A stretch of DNA of 63,810 bases, filler included, from Octopus bimaculoides (taxonomy: Eukaryota): NCBI RefSeq assembly GCF_001194135.2. It is 5 parts of 5 records of this genome, joined end to end, with 100 filler letters (N's around TTAATTAATTAA, not from the genome) between each part and the next. Parts side by side here need not be neighbours in the genome. Positions count along the whole stretch, not along the records: positions 31,890 to 55,981 come from NC_068989.1; 4 more parts are not named here. One strand, 5' to 3'. Position numbers and translations under genes: made by a program. A model generated the notes under the pieces. The model was not told where the DNA came from, ran no database searches, and worked only from the letters and a program-made list of their open reading frames with translations. Shown here piece after piece: positions 38,181-52,766 of the stretch. Numbering within the stretch: position 1 is the stretch's first letter; every line of letters starts with the position of its first letter.

Positions 38181-39269
38181 ATCGACGACAACGACGGACG
38201 AAATGATAATAAAATGAGCCCGGCAAAGTTCATAATTAATATTAAAGAAAATTCAAATAAAATATAATTGAATTGATTCATTGGTGTATTGAGCAATTAA
38301 TATGAAAATATTCATATAATTAATGCAAATTAATATGTAACATAATATTACCAAATATAATTAATATCATAACATAATTAATAACGCATAATTAAGATAA
38401 GCATTTATTTCATATACATAAATTTCGTAATATGACTTCTAGTCCGTATTAATAATCTTTAGAATATTGGATTTCATGAATAAATAATAACAGCAGAACC
38501 CGTGAAAACTCCGATCCCATATTCGTGGTATAGTGTCAACCATAAACATTTACTTCCTGCTGGCTATAATATGCCGTCATATCTTTCAGCCCATGGGATT
38601 GTTTTTAAGTGGTTCACAAAAGGATGTAGGTTAGTAGAGGATAAGCCGGTAATTTTGATTTTTTTTTTTTTGGTGGAGTGGCTGGGTTAATCTTTTGATT
38701 TTACAATGTGAATTTCAAAGGTTCAAAGTTTAGTACAGTATTTAAAAACTTAGTAATCGGGTGTGTCAATATTTTGTGATGAAATTTCTAATGGTTCATA
38801 AAAGAAAATAAGCCGGTCGTATGTTATCGCTCTCCGCTTTTATGTACCACTCTACTACAAATGACCATTAGATTACAATAATTATTGTATTACAATTATT
38901 ATTGTATTACATTTCATTTTTGAATCCCCCATAGTGTTTCTGGGATCGCTTCGCAATCCCGCTGTTCTTTGTTTGATTCCCGTACGGAACTCTGTAAATG
39001 AATTCTCTGTAAATGAATGCATTCTACCAAAGCTTCAACTCACACCAATTCTTGTGAGTGATGTGAAGATGGATTACTTGGAACATTGTAATATTTTATC
39101 AAATAAACACTACTTTTTCTTCGTACAAGTAATCTTTCACCCATTTTGCCACCACAATTGGTCTTTGGCTACATATGGGGGGAAATTGTTTTTACAAGCA
39201 TTTGAAATGTGTCACCCGTTTCAGGATAAACACGACCACAACCACCAGCAACAACAGAAGCATCCGATA

Positions 39270-39625
39270 TTCAGTCAAAAGAAAATAATGTTGTCAGTGC
39301 TCCTCTCAAGTTTAGTCGAAATAATTGACCCCAGTAATTATATTTTTTAAAGTCTGGTACTCGTTCTATTGGTTTCTTTTGCTGAACAGCTACGTTACGG
39401 AACGTAAACACACCATCACTGGTTGTCAAGCGGTGGTGGGAGACTAACACAGACGCAAATACATACACACACGTATACATACACACAAACAGACACACAT
39501 ATACGAAGGGCTTCTTTGAATTTCTATCTACCAATTCCACTCACAAGGCTTTGTGTTATAGTGGAGTGCCACGCAGAGAGACTGAACCGAGAAACATGTG
39601 GTTGGGAAGTAAACTTCTCATCACG
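39270..39625 (-). mobile_element. SINE family A, diverged, antisense
   Basis: CTTTTTGCTGAACAGCTACGTTACGG...CACTCACAAGGCTTTG...ACTGAACCGAGAAACATGTGGTTGGGAAG. Confidence 0.8.
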
Positions 39626-42600
39626 CACTACGTCTGTGTTTTTTGTCTATTATTATAAAAGATGCCACCGAGATCGACTTTGCTTTTCATCTTTTCAGAG
39701 GTAGATAAATTAAGTAGCCCCCACAAAAAAAAAAAATGGGGGCCTTGTGTCTAGAGTAGAAAAGATTACTATAAAAGATGTTTTAACTCCATCCCGTCAG
39801 CTAAAAATTAAAACAATGAACGTGGTAGCACGGTTTGAGCCAGAAAACGAGTTGATACTATATATTGTAATGTATTTTTGCTGTCGCCTCAGTTTTTTTT
39901 TTTTTTGCATTGTGTCTGTTATCTATCAGTAAATAGCGAGAATGCTATATCTAACGTGTTATATTTAATATCATTATTTATTGAGCAATAACTATTAACA
40001 ATGTATTCAATAGTGTAAGAAATTAATAGGCTGCGTAAAAATCGATAGTTTTCACACTGTATAAATCAATTTATTAAACGGGTGTGTATATATTTGTATA
40101 TAAGTGTGTAAATATATCCAAATACATACGTAAGTGATTTTAGATTGTTTGTTTTTGTTTGGTTTCTTCAGCAAATTTCAACTATAGATGAAGCTCACCC
40201 AACTGTTATTATCTTAGAAAATAACATCGACAAAAATACAAAATATTTAGCCACTTATTGTAAATTAGTTGCAAGTACTAGCTAAACATTTCAGTCATTT
40301 AGAATTAAGACACATTTATAAATGTCTTCTTTATACAAGAATAGTTTTTCTAGATGCGGTTGTGATTTTTCTACTCTTCCCTCTACCCACTGTTTTCCCC
40401 TCTTACTTCTTTAAGTTCTTATATATTTGCTTTATTAGGTGTTTTCTCTTTCTATCAAGCTGTCTAGTTTTTCACTCCCTCCTTCCCTGTAATCTTCACC
40501 TCGTTTAATGAGACTAAGCCATATTTCTGGTCTTGTTGCATCAGACGCATTTATCAATCTCACCCGTCCCCCTTTATATTTGAGTTTCATCATCCTTTAT
40601 TTACCCGGAAACCAGGAGTCTGTCCCATTTCTCCCTCTCTTTTTCACTGAAGAACTAAAGGGAAAAAGGCCCAAAGTACTAGATTCTAAATTTTTGGCAA
40701 CTGAACTTATCCGAATTTCTTATAAACTAGCCCGCAATCCAATTGTTCCCAACAGTTTCGTCGGGCCACCAATTTCCTAGTTTCATCGGGTTCCGGGCGT
40801 TGCACATTAATGCTCTCACATCGGCTGCGAAACGTCAAAGGACTTTCAAATTCATAAAACAAACATTAATAATCGATCGAATCCCTAATCTTATGACTTT
40901 TCCGCTCTTGGAGAAATCAAGGAAAATTCAAACAGCGATATAAAAATAAGTAACTATTTCCTCTCGTCCATTTGAATGAATATTATACGTAGGGTTCCGT
41001 AGCCAGAGCACTTTTGAACTGAGCGAGATTTTATTACGTGTACCATATAGAGTGGACTTTCACAACAATTTGTTATTGATGATGATCGAGCAGACAGATG
41101 ACCACAAGGGTTCCAACTGTGACCATCTCAGCCTACTCTAAGGAAAGTCTATCGTAGTTTACAATGTCTGGTGATTTTTACGTTTTTGGATGCAAGGGAG
41201 TCAGCTATTATTCCCGGGGTGATAAAATAACCACATAAATGTGTTTGCTAATTTTGTTCCATGCTCAATTCACTCGTCACGTGATAAAACCTAGAGTCTG
41301 ATGACATGTTCGTATTTCTATAATGTATCTGGAGTAAGATTGTCTCACGGCATCTGTCGACTTCCAAAATGCACGAACACTCAAACACACAACCACATAC
41401 ACAAATACGTACACACACTAATACACATACACTTGTACACACAAACACACAAGCACAAATGCAAACATGTATACAAACACACTGACACAAGAGCACCTTT
41501 CAGCATTGTCTGTGAGCGTGGTGGAGGTAGTAAGTAGAGAAAGACACACCTGTCAGGCGTAAAATAATTCTGGTAATGTTTTATTTAAAATACCGGAAAA
41601 TGGTGGATGTGAACCAGGTAATCACCGAGAAGAATTTATACTGAAAGTATTGGAAAACAACGTATTATATCTGTTGAACTCGCTCGTAGCTGGAACATTA
41701 TTGCACTAAGGAACCGCTTTATCGAAGACGTCTTTATTAAATACAAATTTAAAGATCTTTATTATACCAATGTTGATGTCTACGCTTTTAAAGCATATTG
41801 CTTGTTTGTAGGAGCTGGTATGGTTTATAATAGCTTTACATTCGCTTTACGATAGAGTTAGCTCCGGATACGTAAAAGGAAGGTAAATTTGAAGACACTT
41901 ACGCGCCTAAGTTTCGTAATATTGGTTATTATTTGACTGGCATTCTGAAAGCCTCTAAGATATTCTTTAAATATATCTCGTGCTAACAGTTATCTCGATA
42001 TAATCCAATGCTGCAACTTTCTTCGTTTTTTTTTCTTTAACTTAGCATTTATGAAAACCGAAATTATTCCAAACATCTGCCCTACCAAATAGAACCAAAC
42101 TCTTCTCAACGAATAACATAGTCGAATCTTATTTTTTTCTACCTCACCTTCACCTAGGCAAAGAAAATGAATCACTGAGTGTAGAAAATGATATAGAATT
42201 ATAATCCTTTATAAGACTAGCCACTCTAGCATAAACTAAGATTTTAATAAGTTGAAGTATGCAAATTTATGCATGAAATTGCATCAGTTTAGAAACACAT
42301 CACATGACAATATACCACGTTCATTTACAGTAACTGTACGTGAAGCGATGTCCCTTCGTAAACAGACGCAGGTCCCACATTGTCCATTGGTTGATCATGT
42401 CTTCACAAAAATCAGGAAACTATTAATAACGATGTGTTCATTCATATATTGACTACACCAATATTGCCCGACAACAGTATAGAGTATCACTAAATTTCGC
42501 TAATAGTTTACGTACGTGTGAAGGAATGTGTGCGTGCGTGCGTGCGTGCGTGTGTGTGTGTCTGCGCACAGTTTGTTTACTAACAAAGGAGAAGTGCTCA

Positions 42601-42659
42601 ATACAAGTGTAGCGTATAAGAGACACATTTTGGAGTAACAAAGAAATTCGAGCATAAAA

Positions 42660-42698
<39 letters not shown>

Positions 42699-43240
42699 TT
42701 TGTGTATAAATATATGTATGTCTGTATAGGTGGCTGCATTCAATAAAGCACTTATTGACACAGGATTCTCACCAATTGTAGATACAAGAGGATACAATAA
42801 ATATATCGGTTTTGGAAACTTTTAACAATGGTCTAATTTTATCTATTGTTTTCATAAAACACATTGTTATTGTCACTCACATTTTTATACAGGCTGTTAT
42901 TTTTGCTAACACTGCCGTTACTCTCCTTTTTCTTATAGCTTTTCTTCTTCTTCTTCATTATTATTATTATTATGCTACTTTCACTTTCATACATCGTTTT
43001 GGGATATTTTATGAATACATAATATATATGGATATATGTGTGTTTGTATACATATGTGTGTGTGTATTTTTTGCTTCATTTTATATTTTCTTCACATTTA
43101 TGTAACACCTTTTTATTTACATAGTTCTTCAACTAACTTTCATTCCGTATGACTATGTCTTTCGAGTGAAAGATGTGCGCTTGTGTCACTGAGAGAGGGC
43201 CTCTGTGTACATTCATATATCTGATTGTAAAATACATTAC

Positions 43241-43273
<33 letters not shown>

Positions 43274-43895
43274 NNNNNNNNNNNNNNNNNNNNNNNNNNN
43301 NNNNNNNNNNNNNNNNNNNNNNNNNNNNNNNNNNNNNNNNNNNNNNNNNNNNNNNNNNNNNNNNNNNNNNNNNNNNNNNNNNNNNNNNNNNNNNNNNNNN
43401 NNNNNNNNNNNNNNNNNNNNNNNNNNNNNNNNNNNNNNNNNNNNNNNNNNNNNNNNNNNNNNNNNNNNNNNNNNNNNNNNNNNNNNNNNNNNNNNNNNNN
43501 NNNNNNNNNNNNNNNNNNNNNNNNNNNNNNNNNNNNNNNNNNNNNNNNNNNNNNNNNNNNNNNNNNNNNNNNNNNNNNNNNNNNNNNNNNNNNNNNNNNN
43601 NNNNNNNNNNNNNNNNNNNNNNNNNNNNNNNNNNNNNNNNNNNNNNNNNNNNNNNNNNNNNNNNNNNNNNNNNNNNNNNNNNNNNNNNNNNNNNNNNNNN
43701 NNNNNNNNNNNNNNNNNNNNNNNNNNNNNNNNNNNNNNNNNNNNNNNNNNNNNNNNNNNNNNNNNNNNNNNNNNNNNNNNNNNNNNNNNNNNNNNNNNNN
43801 NNNNNNNNNNNNNNNNNNNNNNNNNNNNNNNNNNNNNNNNNNNNNNNNNNNNNNNNNNNNNNNNNNNNNNNNNNNNNNNNNNNNNNNNNNTATAT

Positions 43896-43936
<41 letters not shown>

Positions 43937-43977
43937 TATATATATATATATATACACACATATATATATATATATAT

Positions 43978-44023
<46 letters not shown>

Positions 44024-44221
44024 CTATATATATATCCACATATATACACATACATATATACACACGCGCATATAGGCATATATATATATATACATACACA
44101 CATATATACCTTCGTATGTAAACATTAAGAGACACAAAGGTATAATTACATACGCATGTGTATGTTCATACATCGTAAAAATTATTTACCTGTGTGTACG
44201 CGTGTACATATACTCATATAA

Positions 44222-44301
<80 letters not shown>

Positions 44302-44801
44302 TTTTCATAAATCTATGTGTATATCCATTTACATATATACATGTATGTATGTATCTATGCATGTATGTATCTATGTATCCATGTAAGTGCATACGCAAGT
44401 ATGTATGTTTGTTTATATTCATGTACATGGATACCATTTTAAGCGTAAGCAATACGATGCAAGTATTTTTACTTAGCGTATATACATGCAGATTACTTTC
44501 TCTTATTCTAGCGTTGAGTATAAGTTTCTACCTGAATGTGTTCAAATATAGATGAGTATGCGCGTGTGAGTCTTTGTTAAACAGTCTCAGGAGCATTACG
44601 CATGCTTTTTTTTATCGCAGTTTTTATTTGGGAATCTCTTTGCTATTGTCTTATATATAAGAATACCTTCGAAAATATATCGGCAAATATGGAAATATAA
44701 TGAGAGTGGATGAAACAAAAACATGCACTTAGCAAATACAGAGCTACGCATCTTCACAACAGAGCAAAACATTTGCACATTTGCTTACATTTAATTTGAA
44801 G

Positions 44802-44834
<33 letters not shown>

Positions 44835-45414
44835 TGTATACTTGTGTCTGTGTGTGCTCTTGGATGTACGCGAGCGTGCGTTCGCTGTGAGCCATTGGCA
44901 GTATTTTGTTTTTGTGTCTGTATATATGCTCTTTATACGGGCCTATATATTTATCGCTATTCCTTTAATAAATCTTTTCTATTTTCGTTTTTCGTCAAAA
45001 TATGATTCTTCTGCTATAGAGCACTTCTATAGATTTCTAAATGTTTATGTACTCTTTTATTCTTTTGCACGTTTCAATCATTTGACTGCAGCTATGCTGA
45101 AGCACCACCGTAAAGGACTTATTCTTTGTAAGTCTACTACTTATTCTATCGGTCTCTTTTGCCGAACCGCCAATATACTAAATACGCCAACATATATGTA
45201 TTTGTGTGTCTATACAATATATATTATATCGAGGCTGTAGCGGCTAGCGGCTTCTCCCAGCAAATTAAATTCATAGGAAACACTAGACTTAAAAAATACT
45301 TCTCTCAACTTAATCATGAGGGGCCATGTCTCACCAGTGCACACAAAAAAAACCCCTCCCACTATGGATAGATGCAGTAAAACTCTCGCTAGAAACCAAA
45401 AGAAACCTCGACCG

Positions 45415-45530
45415 GGATGCTCTCACCCGCCCCGCTCCCACTCGCCCCACTCTCACCCACCCAGCTCTCACACGCTCAGCTCTCACCCACCCCGCTCTCA
45501 CCCGTCCTGCTCTCACCTGCCCCGCACTCA
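45415..45530. repeat. GC-rich about 15-bp minisatellite (GCTCTCACCCACCCC-like), about 8 degenerate units
   Basis: GCTCTCACCCGCCCC GCTCCCACTCGCCCC ACTCTCACCCACCCA GCTCTCAC... directly visible. Confidence 0.85.
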
Positions 45531-45867
45531 TCGTATAACACTCGAACGAGACTCAACCTGATAAACAATGCTGAGTCCTAAGGTTCCCTAACACAAAATA
45601 TAGATTATACTTCCTTTATATTGTCCAATAAAAGTGGGGCAAGGTCGATTCTCTGGTTTTCACTCCTATTCGCTTTGAACGTTAAGGGCTTAACCAAAAC
45701 CATTTTTTTTTTACAATAGTAGACTAACTTCCCACCTCACCATAACTACTATTCGAACTTCAACAGATCTACTCGGAAATTATCCTTCTCCTCTCCGCCT
45801 AATAAAGAGTATATTGTTGCCTCATCTGATATGCAGCAAAATAAAATTGATATATATGATAGTCTGG

Positions 45868-45928
45868 AGACGAGGAAGTGAAAACTGTAGTGAAGAAGTG
45901 GCTCAAAGAACAGTCAACTGAATTATAT
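45868..45928 (+). mobile_element. Tiny mariner C-terminal remnant
   Basis: DEEVKTVVKKWLKEQSTELY (cf. DEEVK.AV..WL..Q...FY). Confidence 0.5.
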
Positions 45929-46376
45929 ATTTAATATATACCTGCTGACTCGGAAGCTTACTACGGATCCCTAACTTCAGCCACAGCTATTTTCGTTTTC
46001 GCTGATCTTTAGCGTTTTGTTAACAACTGTTGGGCAGCTTGTACATACGTACGTACGTATGTATATATGTATGTATGCATAATTATTTTCTTCCATTCAG
46101 TAACTACACATAGGTCAACGTCAGATTAAAATCTTCCCAACTTAACAAAATTGGAATATCTTACCTAAATTGGGAGCAATTTAATTAAATAAATTCTGCC
46201 CCTTCTGTCCTCATCCCAATACGAGAAATGATTATTTTTGTTATTAGTAAGTCAATAATTCTAATTCTCTTTTGATGTTTCTATATTTGTTTTCATAAGA
46301 TTTTTGTAAATATTTTCAAATTTATTGTCAGTAATTGTGCGTATGACTGAGTTACCCGATGTTGTTGCAAGGAATG

Positions 46377-46457
<81 letters not shown>

Positions 46458-46751
46458 CGAGATGAGCGTGGCTGGATCAAGGTGAGCATATGTAAGAAAC
46501 TGTATTCACCATGTGCAGAGTTGTGTTGCTATCATCTTAAGCAATAACATCCCTCTTATAGATAAATTGATTGGCATACATATGAGCCAACATAAATCAC
46601 AAATGTTACTCGCTTATGAGAACAAACAAAACACATCCGTGGATGGCGATACGAAAGTAAATATATACATATGCATGTATATGTGTAGATAGATTGATAG
46701 ACAGATACATATATATATATAAGCATATGATATTCTATATGTGTATTATTC

Positions 46752-46794
<43 letters not shown>

Positions 46795-46958
46795 CATGTA
46801 TGTATGTGTGTGTATGTTTCTAGGCATATAATTACATGTTTGCATTCTATGTGTGTATATACATAATTATGATTTCGGTAATAATGCATGTAAACACTAA
46901 CACACATTCATTTTCAGCATATCTGTATCCGTGTATGTTTTGGTGTGTGCGTGTGCGT

Positions 46959-47003
<45 letters not shown>

Positions 47004-47335
47004 CTATACGTGTCTATATTTGTGCGGCTATCAGCGATTTATTCTGAAATTGAACATGTTTCATGATCTAGGTCTAAGCAATTACAGAGATAAATGACTG
47101 TGACTTATTTTGCGTGCGTGTGTGTGTGTATGTATATATAATGTGTGTATATATATATATATATATATATTGTGTATATATATATATGTATATATAGACA
47201 TATATACACATATATAAACATATATATCTATATGTATGTATGTATATGCGTGTGAATGTGTGTGTATCGGTATATTATATGCATGTATGTATGTATCGAT
47301 TCATCTATACATGTATGTCTATATATTAGTTTATG

Positions 47336-47419
<84 letters not shown>

Positions 47420-48151
47420 ATATGTATGAATGTACATAAACACACACACAGTGACTTATCTATGCACGGACATATGCCTACATACATATACGGATACGGT
47501 TTTCCATTATTAATTTTTCTCATGAAGATAAGGAACATACGAAGCATTGCATATAATGCTTTTCTTTATTACGTCTGTAATTTCTTATATGTCCTTTTTT
47601 TTTGTTTTTTACATACTTTTCTCTTCCATTTATTTTTTATTGTGTCCATCACAAAGATGAAAAAGTAAACAAGACTACAGCAGAAAACATCATAATTTTG
47701 TACATCCAATATGTCTGCTGCAAGTTTACCGCTATTTTCATACGTCATTTCATCATGCTATTTATTTATCTGTAACCAAATTACTGTTAGCTGGATGCTA
47801 AAATCTGTTGCATTTCTTGAGAACGGATTTTCTGTAAATCATTTCGGTAATACTGTTATAATGAATTTGGCTGCACTCTTTGCAAATTCTATCGGAATTG
47901 AAGTTTAACATTCGTGGTGTTACAGCGGGGTTGTGGTGTTTAGCCCTTTAGAAAACGGAATTATTTAATATATAGAACGATTTAATATATGGAACGAATT
48001 CAATGACAATAGCTACATGCCTCTCCAAGGTAATATCTCCTCACCTAGTTCTGTCGTATTTCCTCTCCCTCTCTCTTGCTCTCTGTTACACATACAAACA
48101 CGCACAACATACGCACACGCATCACATACAAACATGTATATACAAACATGC

Positions 48152-48229
<78 letters not shown>

Positions 48230-48848
48230 ATATGTTGTCCTTGCCCTCGAAACGCGGAGTGGATGGAACAGGGACAACTGATGAAGGGGATTATTCTTTA
48301 TGTTGCATGTCTCGTTTCTCTGTTTTTATCGTTCGAAAAAAGGTTCGTTTTCTGTCTTCGTCTTTATGTTTTCGCTTCTCATTGTGTTTAACGTTTTTTG
48401 TGATGTTCTATACTCATATATGCATGTATGTATACATATAGCTGTAGGTATGTACATATATGTATGGATATATGCATATAATTCTATATTATTTATGATA
48501 TTATATGTATGTACGACATTAATTTTGGCGAGAGAAAATATTTAGAATACTTTTTTAACACATCNNNNNNNNNNNNNNNNNNNNNNNNNNNNNNNNNNNN
48601 NNNNNNNNNNNNNNNNNNNNNNNNNNNNNNNNNNNNNNNNNNNNNNNNNNNNNNNNNNNNNNNNNNNNNNNNNNNNNNNNNNNNNNNNNNNNNNNNNNNN
48701 NNNNNNNNNNNNNNNNNNNNNNNNNNNNNNNNNNNNNNNNNNNNNNNNNNNNNNNNNNNNNNNNNNNNNNNNNNNNNNNNNNNNNNNNNNNNNNNNNNNN
48801 NNNNNNNNNNNNNNNNNNNNNNNNNNNNNNNNNNNNNNNNNNNNNNNN

Positions 48849-48889
<41 letters not shown>

Positions 48890-49164
48890 ATATATATATG
48901 GCATAGACACTATCTTGGCGTCATCCTCGTCCTTTCTCCTACCGAACAACCAGTATGTAGCATCAGGAGGGAAAGAGATCTGCACCATCAAGCGGTCAGC
49001 ATTATTTGACAGCCAAGAAAACCACGGCGGCGTGTAATGTACTGTCTTTCCTAAGGACAAAACGAGCCAACCGATTCAGGTATCGAACCTAAAACTCACG
49101 ATTATGAACCAAATATTCCAATCACAAAATATAGCATATGCCTAACTTGTATCTAAACTTGATT

Positions 49165-49550
49165 GCAACTGAGATGTTATCCACAAATGAAAGTTGGCAG
49201 TGTCTGCAGCGGGATGTCTTTGAATAAATTGAGAGAAAGTAAGCAGGGAGCCTTGGCGAAAAACCAGTGTTAATACAATATAAGTCAAACTGAGACCAGT
49301 TGACACAGACATTGATGGAATCTTCAGACAGAAAATTTTCTCGGAATAAGATTTAAGCTTAGCGCCGCTCGTAGATATATCAGTTAGTTAGAAGGTTCCT
49401 AGTTCAGACAACACAGGGCTTTGGTGGTGTCATGTCTAAATAGGCTTTCCTTCACTGAAATCTCTTGTGAGATATAACATAGGTGTAGGAAGCCAGATTA
49501 GAGATTTCGGAGATCACAATCTACGAAAATTATATTGATTGTCACTGAAA
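49165..49550 (-). mobile_element. Degraded non-LTR RT remnant (CR1/Jockey group)
   Basis: In order on the minus strand, with frameshifts: SDNQYNFRR (cf. SD.QYGFR), DTTKAL (cf. DISKAF), INTG-RQGSLL (cf. IN.GVPQGSVL), SFVDN (cf. SFADD). Confidence 0.55.
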
Positions 49551-49914
49551 AGGAAATGAAACATTCAAAGATGATAATGAGGTTAAAATACCGGGAGTTG
49601 GTGGTGGTTGTTTTTATTAAGAGTGAGTGAAAGAGAGAAAGAGAGATATATATTAAGACGATGAAAGAGAGGGTGAGAGAGAGTGAGCGAGAGAGAAAGA
49701 AATGACTGAAATTGTCATAAGTTTCTATATGTTGGGTCAGTTATTAGTTCCAAGAAAAAAAAAGTTTCTGAGATGTCAAGTTTTCTTTTTTTTTTTTACC
49801 TCGTGAAGTAAAGCTTCAGTTCTCTTAAGTATCGCAGCAAGTTTATATATCTTAATACAAATATTGAAAGCACAGCCGGGTACAACACTTGTCAAAAATA
49901 TATAAATATTCATA

Positions 49915-50690
49915 TACTGAAGACATCTTCAACGTGGAAATTAATAAAACTTCGAAAATTCTTACCAATATTGGATATTCTAACAGATTACTGGACAAAT
50001 ATTCCAAGATATTGTTGTGTGGAAATATTTAATAAAATACTAAGTTGATAAACGTAAGAACATTCTAATATATAAAAATGTGCTACAACAGTCAATTATA
50101 GACCAGACGAAAAATTAATCATAGTATTATTAATCATAGTGTTAAGAATATAGAGCCTAAACACAGACTTAATCTAATAATATATTCCAAAATTAAAAAC
50201 CAAACGAAATCTTGATCTGTATAAGAAACCTTCGAACGTAATTCTAGTTACACTGTTGCAAGCCATTAATGTAATATATAGATTTAACTGCCAACATGGT
50301 GACTACAAAATATTTAGTGTATTGGACACACGCCGATGTTTTTATTCAGACAATTCACAGACGTAATCGAATAATGTTGGAAAATTAAAAAGTTAGTTAT
50401 GTGTAAGAAACCTTCGAATATAAGTCTTGATAGACCGCTACACGCCATTAATGTAATATATGTATTTAATTGCCCGCATGGTTGCTGCAAACGTATTAAT
50501 TATACTTGGAAATAATTCAATGTTCTTGTTAAGACACCTCTTCCTGTAATTTCAAACAGGTGCGATGCGTACACATAGAAAAAAAAATCAAAAAATTAGC
50601 ACCAAGGTAGAAAACTCCATGTGGAAACATTAAAATGTGATATTGAAATCAAAGTGAGAAAGACTAGTAGCTGAACCAATGCAGTTTTAA
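49915..50690 (+). mobile_element. Penelope-like element fragment: RT thumb, linker and duplicated GIY-YIG N-terminus
   Basis: IFNVEINKTSKILTNIGYSNRLLDK (cf. EI..IKQIL.NNGYP); NYRPDEK...RLNLIIY; NVIYVFNCPHGCC...Y(I)G; QTGAMRTH. Many frameshifts. Confidence 0.7.
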
Positions 50691-50825
50691 GCTTATAGCA
50701 TGCATTCACGAACAACAGCGCTGTTAGTTATGGTTTCAATCAAATAAATTGAAGGTCTACTGTATTTCTGTTAACATAAACAACCAAATATATATACGCT
50801 TTTTGCCTATCAATATTTATATCTA

Positions 50826-51045
50826 ATAAGGCGGTGAGCTGGCAGAACAGTTAACACGCTGAACAAAATATTTGGCAATATTTCGTCCGTCTTCCCTTTT
50901 TTAAGATCAAATTCCACCGAGGTCAACTTTATATTCCATCCTCTTGAAGTCGAAAAATAACTACTAGTTGAGTACTGGGGAAGATATAATCGACTCAACA
51001 CCGCCCACAAAAATTGCTGGCCTTGTGCTGAAATTTGACACCAAT
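50826..51045 (+). mobile_element. SINE family B, full length, diverged
   Basis: AAGGCGGTGAGCTGGCAGAACAG...AGATCAAATTCCACCGAGGTCAACTTT...AAAATTGCTGGCCTTGTGCTGAAATTTGA. Confidence 0.85.
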
Positions 51046-51774
51046 ATCTGTGTCTGGTTGATCGATATAATTCTGCTAAGTCGAGGTAGAAATTTTCATT
51101 TCAGTTCTGCTATTCTAATACAGAAAATATCTTTCAAAATTATAATTTATGATTCTGGTCTTTAAGTTTTGAGAGGCCGTTTTTAGGAATTAACGTTATA
51201 GAGATTCTTTAAACGCAAGCTTCATACAGCGAGATACAGTTTCTCTGAATTATCATGGGCATTTTTAGAGCACATTAAATGCAATAACTTAACTCGGGTT
51301 TTGTAACATGATCATGGAACAATATTTTTTCAGAGGCATTTCTGTCAAATTCAGTCTAAAAGAGTACTAATTGATGTTTGTGTGCAAACGGAATATTAAG
51401 GTGCTTTCATGAATTTTCGCTTACCAAACTGTAGGCGCCACAAACTGTGGTCGAATATCATTATATTAAACATAAATTTTCTGATACGTAATATTTGTGT
51501 ATAAGAATATTAGTTCAATATATATTACTCCGCCAACTAATGGAAGATATGCTAATTCTTTCAGGAGTAATAACTAAATACCAATTTGTGATTAATATCA
51601 ATGTCGTTTGCAATGAATTCAGCATCATAGGTAGAGCGATGCAGCGTGCTTGATACCCGAAAAAGGTCAACCAATCATGAAACGGGTCAAGACATTAGAT
51701 TCTCCGTGTAAATAGAACAATATGTATTATATATACACACATACATATATATATATACACACATACATACATAC

Positions 51775-51858
<84 letters not shown>

Positions 51859-51860
<2 letters not shown>

Positions 51861-52009
51861 TTGTTGTCTACTCCTTAAGCAGAGTTTGACCACCTCCTGT
51901 ACCTACACCTTAGCACCATCATGGCATCAGATGTGGCTTTTTAAACCAGGCAATGTTCTAAAAAGACACCCAAGAGCTGCAGATAATTTCTGCTCGTTGT
52001 GGATCTTAT
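51859..52009 (-). mobile_element. Second, shorter copy of the zinc-finger LINE tail
   Basis: GGTTGTTGTCTACTCCTTAAGCAGAGTTTGACCACCTCCTG matches 21854-21895; translates KIHNEQK...LPGLKSHI*CH with an internal deletion. Confidence 0.8.
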
Positions 52010-52735
52010 ATATATACACGTAGACGAGACTAATATAGAACATAGGAGCATCAACAGGCAATCCACTGGTAGAGAAGTCAGATTATAATAATGATATATT
52101 TAAACCTTGGCACAACAAGGGGAAAGAATTGAATGTTATAGGTGTTTAGACAACAAGAGGTCATGGCTAAATTTCCCAAAGTTATCACCGTTGTAAGTAT
52201 TCGAATCAACTTCTCTACGATGTTCTGGGGATAATTCGACATCTTTGTGTATCACATGTTGCCAATTCCCCTCTGCTAGTCCTCCACTACCGTCACTTTC
52301 AGAACCCCTGCGTATAAAGGTCATGAACCCTGCGTTTGACATTTATCTAACAAAACCGTAAATAAATAGCAGCTGTTATTCGATGCACAACGAGAATAAC
52401 AAGTGAAAATATTAGATCTAAAAACTAGAGAGGTTTTAAAACGTTGAAGGTGGGGGGGGGGCGTGTAGTTAGGAGGATGGAACAGAATACAAGTGGGTCT
52501 TATTATATATTTTACAAAAAAGAACATTATTACAACAAACACGTACTTAGTTTCAATACAAGAAAAATATACTTTGTTGCTCTGCGAAGACAAACAAGAG
52601 GGAAAATAACAATATCTGAAAATCATTTAACTTCGTTGATTCCTGTACGTATGTTTGAGTATCTATGCACAAGTGCATCTATGAATCTATGTATGTGTAT
52701 GTATGTAAATAGCTATCTATCTATCTATCTATCTA

Positions 52736-52766
<31 letters not shown>

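Noticed and set aside
40790-40850. CGAAACGTC motif reminiscent of Penelope hammerhead ends
   Set aside because: No CTGANGA half-core or stem II upstream.
52136-52342. 68-aa minus-strand ORF with ordinary composition
   Set aside because: No recognisable family motif and no supported splice sites.
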